From: Candidatus Ancaeobacter aquaticus
GTDB taxonomy: Bacteria > Auribacterota > Ancaeobacteria > Ancaeobacterales > Ancaeobacteraceae
Direction: 5' to 3'
NCBI GenBank assembly: GCA_030765405.1
Contig: JAVCCP010000018.1
Location: forward strand, 1 to 47,346
Length of the DNA stretch: 47,346 nt
A model generated the notes under the pieces. The model did no database searches and was not told the origin of the DNA. It worked only from the letters and a program-made list of their open reading frames with translations. How positions within the stretch are numbered: position 1 is the stretch's first letter; each line of letters opens with the position of its first letter. The translations under genes and the position numbers were made by a program. Below are positions 25,618 to 35,609 of the stretch, piece after piece.

Positions 25618-27293
25618 TGTTATCCGAGAATAAAAAAGGAATGTACCTTATGAGAATATTAAAAATAACAAGGCTTTTTAATGGAACCGTGAAGCTTATC
25701 GCGGTAGTTGTTACCAGTGGTATCATTTTTATTTCGCAAGGACGTGCAGCCGAGACACATATTGTATTGCTTACCACTGCTGATATGGAAAGTCAGCTAG
25801 AACCATTTGTTGTGAAAAAAAAGACAGGTGATACAGAAAAAATATGTACTGTAGGAGGACTCAATAGAATAGCTCAAGCTGTTGATGTAATCAGAAAAGA
25901 AAACCCAAATCGTGTTCTTCTCGTTTCTTCGGGTGATGACCTGATGGGTAAATACTATAATTTATTTCACGGTGAGGTTACCTACGGCGTCATGAATGCC
26001 TTGCAGTATAGTGTTGTTACACCTGGTAATCATGAGTTTGATTATGGAATAGGAAAATATGTTAAGGCTGTCAAAGAGGCTCAGTTCCCCATTATTGTTA
26101 CCAATATGGATTTTAGAGGGACAACACTTTTTGAAAAGATCAAAAAGTATTGGGTAACAGAAATTGATGGTGTGCGCATAGGTTTTATTGGCCTCATGAC
26201 GCCTGATGTGAGGCAAATTACAACCATAGAAGATCCGATAAAGGTTGATATTAACATTTTTGACGTTGCAGACGAATATGCGGGGTATCTTATTCATGTT
26301 GAGAACGTTAATATAATTGTTGCTCTTACGCATATTGGCTTTGATCTTGATCTTGAATTAGCACGCCGAGTGTCAGGAATTGATGTTATATGCGGCGGGC
26401 ATTCGCATACGTTGCTTCCAACTGATAAAGAAGTGGTTGTCAATAAAAGTGTTCACGATAAGACCATTATTGTTGAGTCTGGCGAAAAATCACGTGTTTT
26501 AGGGAGACTCGATCTTTTTATTGATAATGGAAAAATTGTGCGCCACTCATGGCGTGTTATAGATATGGATAGTACATACTCAGGAGACGACGCTGTTGAA
26601 ACAATCACAAAACGTTTCAAGGATAAGGTCCCTCAGGATTTTACAGTTGGAAAAACAATGTGTGATTTAGATGCGCGACGTAAAGTGATTCGATCGCAAG
26701 AATCAAATTTAGGAAACTTCGTTGCTGACATAATGAGGAAACGTTTTAAAGCTGATATTGCATTGATAAATGGCGGGGCTTTACGAGGTGATAAGGTGTA
26801 TCTAAAGGGAACGATGTTTAATGATACGATGCTTGAATTCTTCCCTTTTAACAATACTGTAGTGAATATTAAGCTCAGTGGCGCAGAAATAAAGGATATA
26901 TTAGAGTTAGGTGTATCTGAAGTCGAAAGATATAATGGCAGATTTTTGCATCCTTCAGGATTGAAGTATACCTATAATCCAGGCAATGAGCCACTAAGGT
27001 TAACTATTGATAATGAAGGCAATGCTGTTGGTATAAAGAGTAACGGTAAAAGGGTTAGTAATGTGTTGTGTAAAAACAAAAAGAACATATATGTCCCGCT
27101 AAAAAATAATAAGCTTTATGATGTTGTTGTGGGGTCTTATATGGCTGGTGGCGGGGATAGTTATTATATGCTTAAAAACAAGTCTGCCATAAAAACATAT
27201 GTTGACCTAAGAACCGTCTTGCAGCAGCACATTAATGAAAAGAAAAACATTAATCCAAAGCTAGATGGCAGGATAACAATAACGCATGAATAA
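25614..27293 (+). CDS. Bifunctional metallophosphatase / 5'-nucleotidase (secreted)
   Basis: GG..R, SGDD, PGNHEFD, LTHIG, GGHSH, RSQESNLGN, NGGALR, FPFNN. The start may be a downstream Met (25641 or 25650). Confidence 0.9.
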   Translation: MMLSENKKGMYLMRILKITRLFNGTVKLIAVVVTSGIIFISQGRAAETHIVLLTTADMESQLEPFVVKKKTGDTEKICTVGGLNRIAQAVDVIRKENPNRVLLVSSGDDLMGKYYNLFHGEVTYGVMNALQYSVVTPGNHEFDYGIGKYVKAVKEAQFPIIVTNMDFRGTTLFEKIKKYWVTEIDGVRIGFIGLMTPDVRQITTIEDPIKVDINIFDVADEYAGYLIHVENVNIIVALTHIGFDLDLELARRVSGIDVICGGHSHTLLPTDKEVVVNKSVHDKTIIVESGEKSRVLGRLDLFIDNGKIVRHSWRVIDMDSTYSGDDAVETITKRFKDKVPQDFTVGKTMCDLDARRKVIRSQESNLGNFVADIMRKRFKADIALINGGALRGDKVYLKGTMFNDTMLEFFPFNNTVVNIKLSGAEIKDILELGVSEVERYNGRFLHPSGLKYTYNPGNEPLRLTIDNEGNAVGIKSNGKRVSNVLCKNKKNIYVPLKNNKLYDVVVGSYMAGGGDSYYMLKNKSAIKTYVDLRTVLQQHINEKKNINPKLDGRITITHE

Positions 27294-27339
27294 CAAAGGG
27301 TTAGTCATATTACTTGGTCGCAACCCATAGCGTGAATGA

Positions 27340-27987
27340 GTGAAAAAGAAAATAGACATTGTATTTGAGGACGATTTTATTGTTGTTGCAAACAAACCTT
27401 CCGGGCTTTTGGTTGTTCCAACGCCTAAGGGTGAGAAAGAAACGCTCACAAACTTTCTTAATGAGCAAAAGAGCCGTGCTCGCACCCAAACAAAACTCTA
27501 CCCGTGTCATAGGCTTGATCGTGATACATCAGGCATTATTGTGTATGCAAAAGGTAAGACTGTTCGTGATGCCATGATGGACGTTTTTAAAGAAAGGCGT
27601 ATAACAAAAAAATATATTGCCTTTATCAATGGAACGCCAAAGAAGGACCGAGCAACCGTCGATTACCGCATAGAAGGAAAAGAATCTATTACACGATATT
27701 ATATTGTGCATAAAGCATCTGACTTTAGTGTTGTTGAGGCTGAGCCGGTCACGGGAAGAACAAATCAAATACGCATACATTTTAAAATGATAGGGTATCC
27801 TATTTTAGGTGAAAGAAAGTTTGCGTTTGCGCGGGATTATCATGTGCGGTTTAAGAGGACGGCGCTCCATGCTTACCGTATATCTTTTCAGCACCCTATG
27901 ACAAAAAAGTATGTTACATTTACACAACCGTTGCCGAGCGACATGAAACAGTTTCTTTTGCAAAGAAAAATTATAGTTCCTTTCTAA
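27340..27987 (+). CDS. RluA-family pseudouridine synthase
   Basis: NKPSGL, HRLDRDTSG (catalytic Asp), TGRTNQIRIH, ALHA. Confidence 0.92.
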   Translation: MKKKIDIVFEDDFIVVANKPSGLLVVPTPKGEKETLTNFLNEQKSRARTQTKLYPCHRLDRDTSGIIVYAKGKTVRDAMMDVFKERRITKKYIAFINGTPKKDRATVDYRIEGKESITRYYIVHKASDFSVVEAEPVTGRTNQIRIHFKMIGYPILGERKFAFARDYHVRFKRTALHAYRISFQHPMTKKYVTFTQPLPSDMKQFLLQRKIIVPF

Positions 27988-27998
27988 AATGGTGATAC

Positions 27999-29198
27999 AT
28001 GTATTCTGTACGTATTAAAAAACAAGCCGAACATACAATCCATAGCAAGTATCCACTTATTCATAAAGATGCCATTATAAAACCGAACACATATCTTTCC
28101 GGAACGATAGTCGATATATGTTGCGAGGATAACAAGTTTATTGGCAGAGGTTATTATGAGAAAGATTCGCTTTATCCGGTAAGGGTTCTCACGCGCAGGA
28201 ATGAATGCATTGATCAGGAATATTTCAATGTAAAGTTAAAAGAAGCGTTAAAGCGAAGAAAAAGATATCTTCATGCAGAAGATACTGATGTATACCGTAT
28301 CTTTAATGAGGAAGGAGATGGAATAAGCGGTCTTGCGATAGATGTGTACGGTGAATATGTGCTTATATCATTTTTTTCTCACGGGATAGAGTCATTTTTG
28401 GACTGTATCGTGGACGCGTTACAATCAGAGATTAAGGTAAAAGGAATATATTCTGTTTCACGAATTACGCGGTCAAAGATATATCCCTGTGCAGAGAAAA
28501 AGATACACCCTACAGATCTTGTATGGGGAGAGGAAGCCCCCGAATTTTTTCAGGTTATAGAAAACGGCATTATATTTTTTGTCAGCATGAAAGAAGGGGC
28601 TAAAACAGGCCTGTATCTGGATATGAAAGATAATCGAAAAGCTTTGCAGCGCTACTGCGCCAGTAAATCAGTGTTGAATACATTTTCTTATACTTCGAGT
28701 TTTTCGGTATATGCCGCAGTGAGCGGAGCAAGGGCACTAGTGAATGTTGATTTATCAAAAAAAGCACTGGATATAAGCAAAAAGAATTGTGAAATAAACA
28801 ATATTGGCTTAGAAAACAGTAAGTTCATTGCCGATGATGTGCATAGCGTTCTTGCTAAGTATATACGACAAAAAAAAGAATTTGATGTTATTGTTATTGA
28901 TCCTCCTTCATTTTCACGGGGTAAAAAAGGAGTATTTCAAGCTGAAAAGGATTATGGCCCATTGTGCAAACAGGCGAGCATGCTTGTCAGTAATGGCGGG
29001 TTATTGGCATGTGCGCTTAATTTGCATGATTTAAGTCAGAACTGGTTTGAAAAACTGCTGCTGGCGTCTGCGCGCGATGTAGGAAAGAAAGGGACAATTG
29101 TGTGTTTGGGTACTCAAAGCAGCGATTTTTATGTCAGCAATACATATCCAGAAGGAAAATATTTAAAATTTGCTATTATGAGGATTGAAAGCGTATAA
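27999..29198 (+). CDS. RlmI-like class I SAM-dependent rRNA methyltransferase
   Basis: PUA-like N-terminus, YRIFNEEGDGISGL, KTGLYLD, LNTFSYT, VDLS, IDPPSF. Confidence 0.88.
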   Translation: MYSVRIKKQAEHTIHSKYPLIHKDAIIKPNTYLSGTIVDICCEDNKFIGRGYYEKDSLYPVRVLTRRNECIDQEYFNVKLKEALKRRKRYLHAEDTDVYRIFNEEGDGISGLAIDVYGEYVLISFFSHGIESFLDCIVDALQSEIKVKGIYSVSRITRSKIYPCAEKKIHPTDLVWGEEAPEFFQVIENGIIFFVSMKEGAKTGLYLDMKDNRKALQRYCASKSVLNTFSYTSSFSVYAAVSGARALVNVDLSKKALDISKKNCEINNIGLENSKFIADDVHSVLAKYIRQKKEFDVIVIDPPSFSRGKKGVFQAEKDYGPLCKQASMLVSNGGLLACALNLHDLSQNWFEKLLLASARDVGKKGTIVCLGTQSSDFYVSNTYPEGKYLKFAIMRIESV

Positions 29199-29233
29199 AA
29201 AAACGAGGAATATTAATTATTCCTCGTTTTTTT
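29197..29233. terminator. Bidirectional intrinsic terminator
   Basis: A7-CGAGGAATA, loop, TATTCCTCG-T7 between convergent genes. Confidence 0.85.
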
Positions 29234-29266
29234 ATATTAAATATTCTTTATTCTACGTATGTAAGA

Positions 29267-29845
29267 CTAGTAATTCTCAGCAAGTATTTCGAAATATGCT
29301 TGTGGATGTTTACATGCAGGACATTGATTTGGCGCTGTTTCATTCTCTAAAACAAGCCCACAGTTTCTGCAATGCCATTTTGCAGAAGGAGTTCTTTTAA
29401 AGATAGCATTGTTTTCTATGCATGCAATCAGTTTTCTATATCTCTCTTCATGGTATTTTTCTACTTTTGCTATTTGAGTGAAGGTGTTGGCAACATCGTC
29501 AAAGCCCTCATCTTTTGCGGTTTGAGCAAAATTGGTATAAATTGCTGTCCATTCCATCTTTTCACCTGCCGCTGCAGCTTCGAGATTGCTTTTTGTATCG
29601 AGAATTTGTCCTGCAGGATATGTCGCAGTGATTTCTACGTCGCCGCCTTCTAAGTGTTTGAAGAACAATTTTGCGTGTTCTTTCTCATTTTCAGCTGTTT
29701 CAAGTAAGATCGCCGCAATCTGTTCGTAGCCTTCTTTTTTTGCAGTGCTTGCAAAGTAGGTGTATCTGTTACGTGCCTGTGATTCACCGGCAAATGCTGC
29801 AAGCAGGTTCTTCTCAGTTTGCGTTCCTTTTAAAGATGTAGCCAT
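29267..29845 (-). CDS. rbr: Rubrerythrin
   Basis: AFAGESQARNRY, ENEKEHA, GEKME, EKYHEER di-iron motifs; C-terminal CRNCG...CPAC rubredoxin site. Confidence 0.95.
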   Translation of the reverse strand: MATSLKGTQTEKNLLAAFAGESQARNRYTYFASTAKKEGYEQIAAILLETAENEKEHAKLFFKHLEGGDVEITATYPAGQILDTKSNLEAAAAGEKMEWTAIYTNFAQTAKDEGFDDVANTFTQIAKVEKYHEERYRKLIACIENNAIFKRTPSAKWHCRNCGLVLENETAPNQCPACKHPQAYFEILAENY

Positions 29846-29926
29846 AAAAACCTCCTATTATCTTTTCTAGTGAAAAATTAGAATCCATATAGTATAATAT
29901 AAGCGAAAGGAAATAAAGGTAAAATT

Positions 29927-30880
29927 ATGAAAAAATGGTTATTGTTATTTGTATTAGTACCGTTAATGTTTGGTTGTGTTGCAACCGAGGAAACAAAAAA
30001 GACCGATGCGAAAACAAGTTTTTATAATGAAGCTGTTGATGCAGCAGATAGTCAAGAGCGGTCTCTTGAAAAAGGTGAAGCCGGTATTATTGCCGTATCA
30101 GGTAATGTTACAATGACTATGCCTTCCGGTTCTGTTATCGAAGCTAAAGAAGGACGAATTGTTCCCAACGGGACAAAGTTCGTAACGGATAAGGACTCGT
30201 CAGTGCAGGTTGCCTATACGCCGAGTCTCGGTAAATCAGTGCTTATAGAGGAAAAAACCGAAGCAATCGTAACTCCGGAAGAAGAAGTAAAGATAAATAT
30301 CAAAAAAGGAAAAGTATTTGCCATACTTGACAAAGTAAAACCGGGCGAAAAATTTCAATTTGAAACACCGCATGCGATTGCTGGTGTTAGAGGTACGCGT
30401 CCAGAAATGCAAGTCATGATAGATGCAACGATTGTTTATGTACATGAAGGCGAAATGGGTGTTCTGGGCCTTTCTATGGATGACCATTTGCGGGCGTTGA
30501 TACCTGAAGGTGAAAAAGCAAAAGTTCTTGAACAGCCAGATACACCGGTATTTCTTGAACCTTTGTCAGATATTGACCGCAACAGAGGTAGAGAGCTGAT
30601 GAGGATTTTAGAGGTGAATATTAGAGATTTCAGAGATCTTCATGGCGGTGCATTCAAGATATTGAGAACAAGCATTCATGCTCCCAAGAAAAAAGGAAGC
30701 GGAAGACCAGTCTATGATACAGCTAAAAGCGGTCCGGCATATTCGCAAGGGTATGTAGATCCTTCGTCGGATAGAAATATTGGTTCCGGTTCGAGAGCTG
30801 ATCAGATCGGTAGTTCGAGGCCGCCAGATGTCACCAGACCGCCAAGCGGTGATGATAAGAGTGGTGGTCGATGTCCCTGA
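29927..30880 (+). CDS. FecR-domain lipoprotein with disordered C-terminal tail
   Basis: Lipobox FGC; VSGNV, KFVTDKDSS, FETPHAIAGVRGT, VYVHEGE FecR beta-fold motifs. Confidence 0.78.
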   Translation: MKKWLLLFVLVPLMFGCVATEETKKTDAKTSFYNEAVDAADSQERSLEKGEAGIIAVSGNVTMTMPSGSVIEAKEGRIVPNGTKFVTDKDSSVQVAYTPSLGKSVLIEEKTEAIVTPEEEVKINIKKGKVFAILDKVKPGEKFQFETPHAIAGVRGTRPEMQVMIDATIVYVHEGEMGVLGLSMDDHLRALIPEGEKAKVLEQPDTPVFLEPLSDIDRNRGRELMRILEVNIRDFRDLHGGAFKILRTSIHAPKKKGSGRPVYDTAKSGPAYSQGYVDPSSDRNIGSGSRADQIGSSRPPDVTRPPSGDDKSGGRCP

Positions 30881-30921
30881 CGGTAATAAGTTAAAAATTT
30901 ACATTTAAGTTAACACTACAG

Positions 30922-30950
30922 GCGCCCCTCATGTTGAGGGGCGCTTTTTT
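30922..30950 (+). terminator. Intrinsic terminator
   Basis: GCGCCCCTCA, loop, TGAGGGGCGC followed by TTTTTT. Confidence 0.85.
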
Positions 30951-31039
30951 GTGCACAGAATCACACATTTTGAAGAAGCGTATGATTTTTTGATTATTTA
31001 ACTATACGCTAAATGCTATATAGAATGCGCCGAAGGCAT

Positions 31040-32527
31040 TTATCTACTTTTCAAGATCATGGTAGAGGGAAAGAGCCCGCTGCGTTTTGGTTTTGGGTGT
31101 GCCGGATACAGCACAATATATGAAAAGCTGTTTTGAGCGAATGCACGACACGTTTCATCCAAAAAACTGCTATCAACTATAATGATAGAGTTCTTAATTT
31201 TCCTTTCATTCATTGTGTTAATTACAGAGTGCATAAGTAATCGTTCTTCCTCAAGCGCCGCCCCCAGATATCCTGACACATCAGGAAGCAGCACAAATAT
31301 TTTTTTCATATCAATATATGAGTGATCCATCATTGTAATAGCCATTACATCGTTTATCGAAAGAGAAGGTCTTTCTAGGAGTGCGCGGGATTCTTTTCTA
31401 AGAAAATATGCAAGTTTTCTGGAATCAAAAAGAGATTTGTTTTCTGTATAAAACTGCCAATTACTGTGTGGTGGATTAAGAGTGAATAGTGCACAAAAAA
31501 ATTTGAGTGTTTGAGTACGTGCTTCTATCATGCGAATAGCTGGTTTTTCACGGGAGAGAATGGTGTCGAGTAAATCGTTGTGTAATGCATGCAACTCTTT
31601 ATGTATTGAAAGAACACGGGTTTCTTGAGCAAATGTAAGATATTCAATATAACTATAGAGGTAGGCATATCTCTTGAGTGATATGTCCAGTGAGAATGTT
31701 ATTTCTTTTAATTGAGAAAAGTATGCAAATGGAGTTATTTCACCTTTTTTATACACTGATTCAGCATCAAGAAGAGATGAGAGCTCTTTGCGAGTAAGTC
31801 TTTTTTCCAATAGAGACATAAGACGAGCTATGTCTTCATTCACTCTGTCGAGCTCAATGTTTTCTTTTAGCTTCGCTTCTTTTAGGGTGTGGTAAATTGC
31901 GGGATAATTTTTTAATGGTATTTTTTCGTCGACAGCAAGGGATCCTAAAAAATACGCATAATCATGGTCAGTAATAAGGTTGCGGGAATAATCACGCGTT
32001 TTACTATGAAGTTTTTGTAATGTGTTGGGAAGATATTCTTTTTGTATGGTTTCTGTGAGTGTCTGTATGCGAGAAATGGTTTTTTTGTAGCGAGAAACAT
32101 CTTCCAATAGTTTCGTGCGTTCAGAGAGTTCATTTCTGCCGGAGAGTATAGCATTAAGATCGATACTGAGTGTGTTTCTTCCCGACAATGTATCTTTAAA
32201 AGAGTGGTTTTCTTTTGTGTAAAAGGCAAATACATATGGATTCTTTTTAAGTATTTTGTGAGAAATCCATTGTGCTGATTTAGCGCACATGCCGTTACGA
32301 GTGATGTTTTCAGGAGAGTACACGATTATATATGCTGTTTTTGAAGAACTTCCCTTATGAATTGCTTCGATGGTTCCCATTGAAACAGGGATATTTGCAG
32401 TGGCTATCGCAGCTGATGTGTCAGCATAAATAGTGTGCGGGAACAGGAGCAAGGAGATTACGAGTATCGTGCAAAGTCTGCGTATACAGAAAGCAAAGTC
32501 ATTGAAAAGAAAATGTATTATGCGCAT
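31040..32527 (-). CDS. Exported hypothetical protein, helical; resembles the N-terminal module of Omnitrophota/Elusimicrobia giant proteins with degenerate motifs
   Basis: 495 aa with signal-like N-terminus. GTIEAIHKG, YPAI, KKGEITPFAYF and terminal SYIVLYP match a remembered family pattern (not searched). Confidence 0.55.
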   Translation of the reverse strand: MRIIHFLFNDFAFCIRRLCTILVISLLLFPHTIYADTSAAIATANIPVSMGTIEAIHKGSSSKTAYIIVYSPENITRNGMCAKSAQWISHKILKKNPYVFAFYTKENHSFKDTLSGRNTLSIDLNAILSGRNELSERTKLLEDVSRYKKTISRIQTLTETIQKEYLPNTLQKLHSKTRDYSRNLITDHDYAYFLGSLAVDEKIPLKNYPAIYHTLKEAKLKENIELDRVNEDIARLMSLLEKRLTRKELSSLLDAESVYKKGEITPFAYFSQLKEITFSLDISLKRYAYLYSYIEYLTFAQETRVLSIHKELHALHNDLLDTILSREKPAIRMIEARTQTLKFFCALFTLNPPHSNWQFYTENKSLFDSRKLAYFLRKESRALLERPSLSINDVMAITMMDHSYIDMKKIFVLLPDVSGYLGAALEEERLLMHSVINTMNERKIKNSIIIVDSSFLDETCRAFAQNSFSYIVLYPAHPKPKRSGLFPSTMILKSR

Positions 32528-32665
32528 ATATATACTCTAATATGTTTCAGTGCTTTTAGGAATGAAAAATGTACGAAATACAAAATATAATATACATTGC
32601 ATAAAGAATATTTTCCTTGTATTTTAGCTTAAAACAATTATAGTAACCCTTAATAAGGACAAAAA

Positions 32666-34420
32666 ATGAAGGAAAATGCTACGAACAAAGATAAACGGGT
32701 AATAGTCGAAGTTGCGATGGAAATTTCGCTCACCCCGAAGATCTTGGACACTATAGCTGAAGAAATCAGTTTTTACGGTGCTATTAGCTCAGGAATGTCT
32801 ACATCAGTTGGTGGAATAGGCCCACTTTTACGCGAAAGAATAATTGCTCAGGCTGATGAAGGTGCGGACGTAATAGGCGTGACGCTGCTTTACGAAAAAG
32901 TATGGCTTCAAAGATGGCATGCTTGGGGACAGTTTTATCTCGATAAGGTTAAGGCAGGCGAGTATATCGCAAGGACATTAAAGAAGCTACCGGACGATTT
33001 AACCATAAAGATGTTTGATGGAACTGATGTAACCTGTGCTGTATGGAAAGCAACATACGGTAAAGCAAAAGTGTATTTTCTTGATCAAGCAGATGTCGGT
33101 ATGATCGTTTATCCCGGTGGTTTCGATGCGCCGCCTGATACCCAGTATCCCGATCAATGGGCTAATACTATGCGGCTAAAACAAAGCTGGCTTCTCGGAA
33201 GAGGTTCTTTAGCCTTACTCGAAAAACTGAATGTATCGCCTGATATTACTATTTTAAGTGAAACCCCGACAATATTTGCCAAACATGATCTTGTGAAAGA
33301 TGCATACTCAGAGTCGTCACGTTTTGCAAAGACGAAATATATATTTAATGATCATACACCGCTTGAATATGCTCACCCAGTATGGACACAGGAAAATCTT
33401 GAGATGCTTAAATTTAATCCAAAGATGTATAAAAAACTCGATTCATATAAGAATAATCCGCAGAAAATTGATATTACCCAAATGATTATTGATGTCTCCG
33501 ATGGAGTATACGGTGTTAGTAAAATTCATGGTGATGTTATGAGGCAAATGCCTACTTTGCAAAAATATGCCGATAAGATTGAAACGATTACCAATGGTGT
33601 AAGTTCCGCTATTTGGCAGGCAAAAGCATTTAAGGGATATAAAAATCTTTCAGACGACCAATTGCTTGCGGTAAAAGAAGAAGAAAAACATTTGTTCGTT
33701 AATTGGTTATGGTTACGGTATAAGTTTGATTCCCAGTGGAGAGAAGACAAGAAAAAAAGACCTATTATTATGTGGATGAGAAGAGTTACCGGTTACAAGA
33801 GGCTCGATCTTTTAAGAGAGATTGTGCAAAACGACCTGTGGCGGAAACGATTTATTGATCTTGATATATGCATGATAGTTGGCGGAAGAATACATCAGCA
33901 GGACACGCTTTCTGACAGGTTAGTATTTGAACTTCTTGATGTTATTCAAAAATATCCTGAGCTTGAGGGGAGAGTAATAATACTTGATAATTTTAATATA
34001 TGGGAAGCACCTAAAATATTTCCGGGAATTGATGCGGCTATTATGATTTCTGACAGAGGGAAAGAAGCAGCTGCAACCGGTTTTATGAAGGCGCAAATGA
34101 ACGGTGCTATGATCATCGCAACACCGGATGGCGCAGTCCCTGAATCGGTTAACTATTATGATCCTGATGATACACAAAAAAATGCAAATGGTTTTGAAGT
34201 TACCTATTTTGACGACAGCCCTACACCTGAGTCTCTTCTTCATGCTTTGACAGAGTTTAAGTTTGTATATGATGACCAATCGCTCAGAGCATCTTTTATC
34301 AAAAATGCGTTAGCTCAGCATAATAAGATTGATGTTCGAAAAGTGGCAAAAGAAATGCTGGAATTCTGCGATAAGGTGATTGATAGAAAAAGTGACACAA
34401 AAGTGCATTTAGTGCATTAA
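32666..34420 (+). CDS. Divergent GT35 alpha-glucan phosphorylase-family protein
   Basis: MEIS, GGIG, GVTLLY, HTP, GVSKIHG, ITNGV, RRVTGYKR, EAAATGFMK (PLP Lys), PDGA. Confidence 0.78.
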   Translation: MKENATNKDKRVIVEVAMEISLTPKILDTIAEEISFYGAISSGMSTSVGGIGPLLRERIIAQADEGADVIGVTLLYEKVWLQRWHAWGQFYLDKVKAGEYIARTLKKLPDDLTIKMFDGTDVTCAVWKATYGKAKVYFLDQADVGMIVYPGGFDAPPDTQYPDQWANTMRLKQSWLLGRGSLALLEKLNVSPDITILSETPTIFAKHDLVKDAYSESSRFAKTKYIFNDHTPLEYAHPVWTQENLEMLKFNPKMYKKLDSYKNNPQKIDITQMIIDVSDGVYGVSKIHGDVMRQMPTLQKYADKIETITNGVSSAIWQAKAFKGYKNLSDDQLLAVKEEEKHLFVNWLWLRYKFDSQWREDKKKRPIIMWMRRVTGYKRLDLLREIVQNDLWRKRFIDLDICMIVGGRIHQQDTLSDRLVFELLDVIQKYPELEGRVIILDNFNIWEAPKIFPGIDAAIMISDRGKEAAATGFMKAQMNGAMIIATPDGAVPESVNYYDPDDTQKNANGFEVTYFDDSPTPESLLHALTEFKFVYDDQSLRASFIKNALAQHNKIDVRKVAKEMLEFCDKVIDRKSDTKVHLVH

Positions 34421-34424
34421 ACTC

Positions 34425-34790
34425 TCAGATTCCAAGTTCCTTAAGACGTGCGTCTCCAATCCCAAAGTAATGTGCAATTTCATGAATAACTGTTTTGCGA
34501 ACAGCTTTTTTAATGGCCTCGGGTGTTTTGTATAGTCGTTCGATAGATTTTTTGAATAGCGTTATTTTGTCAGGCATGACATTTCCGTACCAGGTTGAAC
34601 GTTTTTTTAGCGGTATTCCTTGATATAAGCCAAGAAGTATATCGTTTTCGGCTAGTCCCAATTTTATGGCAATATCTCTTTTTGGCTCATCTTCGACCGT
34701 AATAGCGATATTTTCAAGTGCATTCATGAATTCATCGGGAATATCACTTAACGCTGTTTGGACAAGTTTTTCAAACTCATTCTGCTTCAT
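34425..34790 (-). CDS. Zincin_1 (DUF1025) metallopeptidase-family protein
   Basis: LLGLYQGIPL..R, PDKITLF, VIHEIAHYFG. Start placed at MKQNEF (34790). Confidence 0.88.
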   Translation of the reverse strand: MKQNEFEKLVQTALSDIPDEFMNALENIAITVEDEPKRDIAIKLGLAENDILLGLYQGIPLKKRSTWYGNVMPDKITLFKKSIERLYKTPEAIKKAVRKTVIHEIAHYFGIGDARLKELGI

Positions 34791-35037
34791 TTGGTGTGTC
34801 TTTCTTTTTTTTGAGTGGTATGGGCTTTCTACTGATGCTATAATTTTTGAGTTCAATTTTTATACGTTTTAAAAAATCTTTTTCTAGATGGTTTGTGGCG
34901 TTTATTAAAGCTTCCTCAGTATTACTCGCATCTGTTACGAGCTCAACATCTACTACAAAGTTACTTACATTGTTTTGGAGGTGACTTGCAGGGATAGAGA
35001 TTTTTACTGTTACGGCTGCCGGAATAACATATTTCAT
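34777..35037 (-). CDS. Hypothetical protein (86 aa)
   Basis: AAGGAG RBS upstream; overlaps the next gene by 14 nt; no family recognised. Confidence 0.6.
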   Translation of the reverse strand: MKYVIPAAVTVKISIPASHLQNNVSNFVVDVELVTDASNTEEALINATNHLEKDFLKRIKIELKNYSISRKPIPLKKKKDTPNEAE

Positions 35038-35121
35038 CGTTTTACTCCTTTTTTTGTTAATAATTCTAACATTTCTGCTATAATTTAGCGATGTGAAAAA
35101 GGAGAGGAAAAGGAGAATTGT

Positions 35122-35607
35122 ATGGATAAGAATTATATGACGCGTGAATCACACCAGAAACTACAGGAGAAACTGATAAATTTAAGAGAAAAGGAATTGC
35201 CTGAAATTAGTAAGGAAAAACTTGAAGCTGCTGAACAGGGCGATTTGAGCGAAAATGCTGGCTACGAATACGCAAAACAAAAACTTGAGATGATACAAAA
35301 TAAAATTCGTGAATTGTCTGCAGATTTAGAAAATGTTCAGTTTATTGAAGACTTACCAATTAAGGGCATTATCATTTCGGTTGGGACAATAGTTACTTTT
35401 CATGACATGGATAGCGATAAAGAAGTAATCTATTCGATACTTGGTCCCGGTGACGCGGAATTCGGAAACGATGTAATATCATATAAAAGCCCCCTTGCCC
35501 GCGGTATGATAACGAAAAAGGTAGGGGACCTTGTAGAAATTAATGTGCCTGAAGGAAAACGCACGCTGAAAGTACTGAACATTGATACGTATAAGAAAAA
35601 GGAGTAG
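35122..35607 (+). CDS. greA: Transcription elongation factor GreA
   Basis: GDLSENA acidic finger, SVGTIV, ISYKSPLARG..K.VGD. Confidence 0.92.
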   Translation: MDKNYMTRESHQKLQEKLINLREKELPEISKEKLEAAEQGDLSENAGYEYAKQKLEMIQNKIRELSADLENVQFIEDLPIKGIIISVGTIVTFHDMDSDKEVIYSILGPGDAEFGNDVISYKSPLARGMITKKVGDLVEINVPEGKRTLKVLNIDTYKKKE

Positions 35608-35609
35608 TT

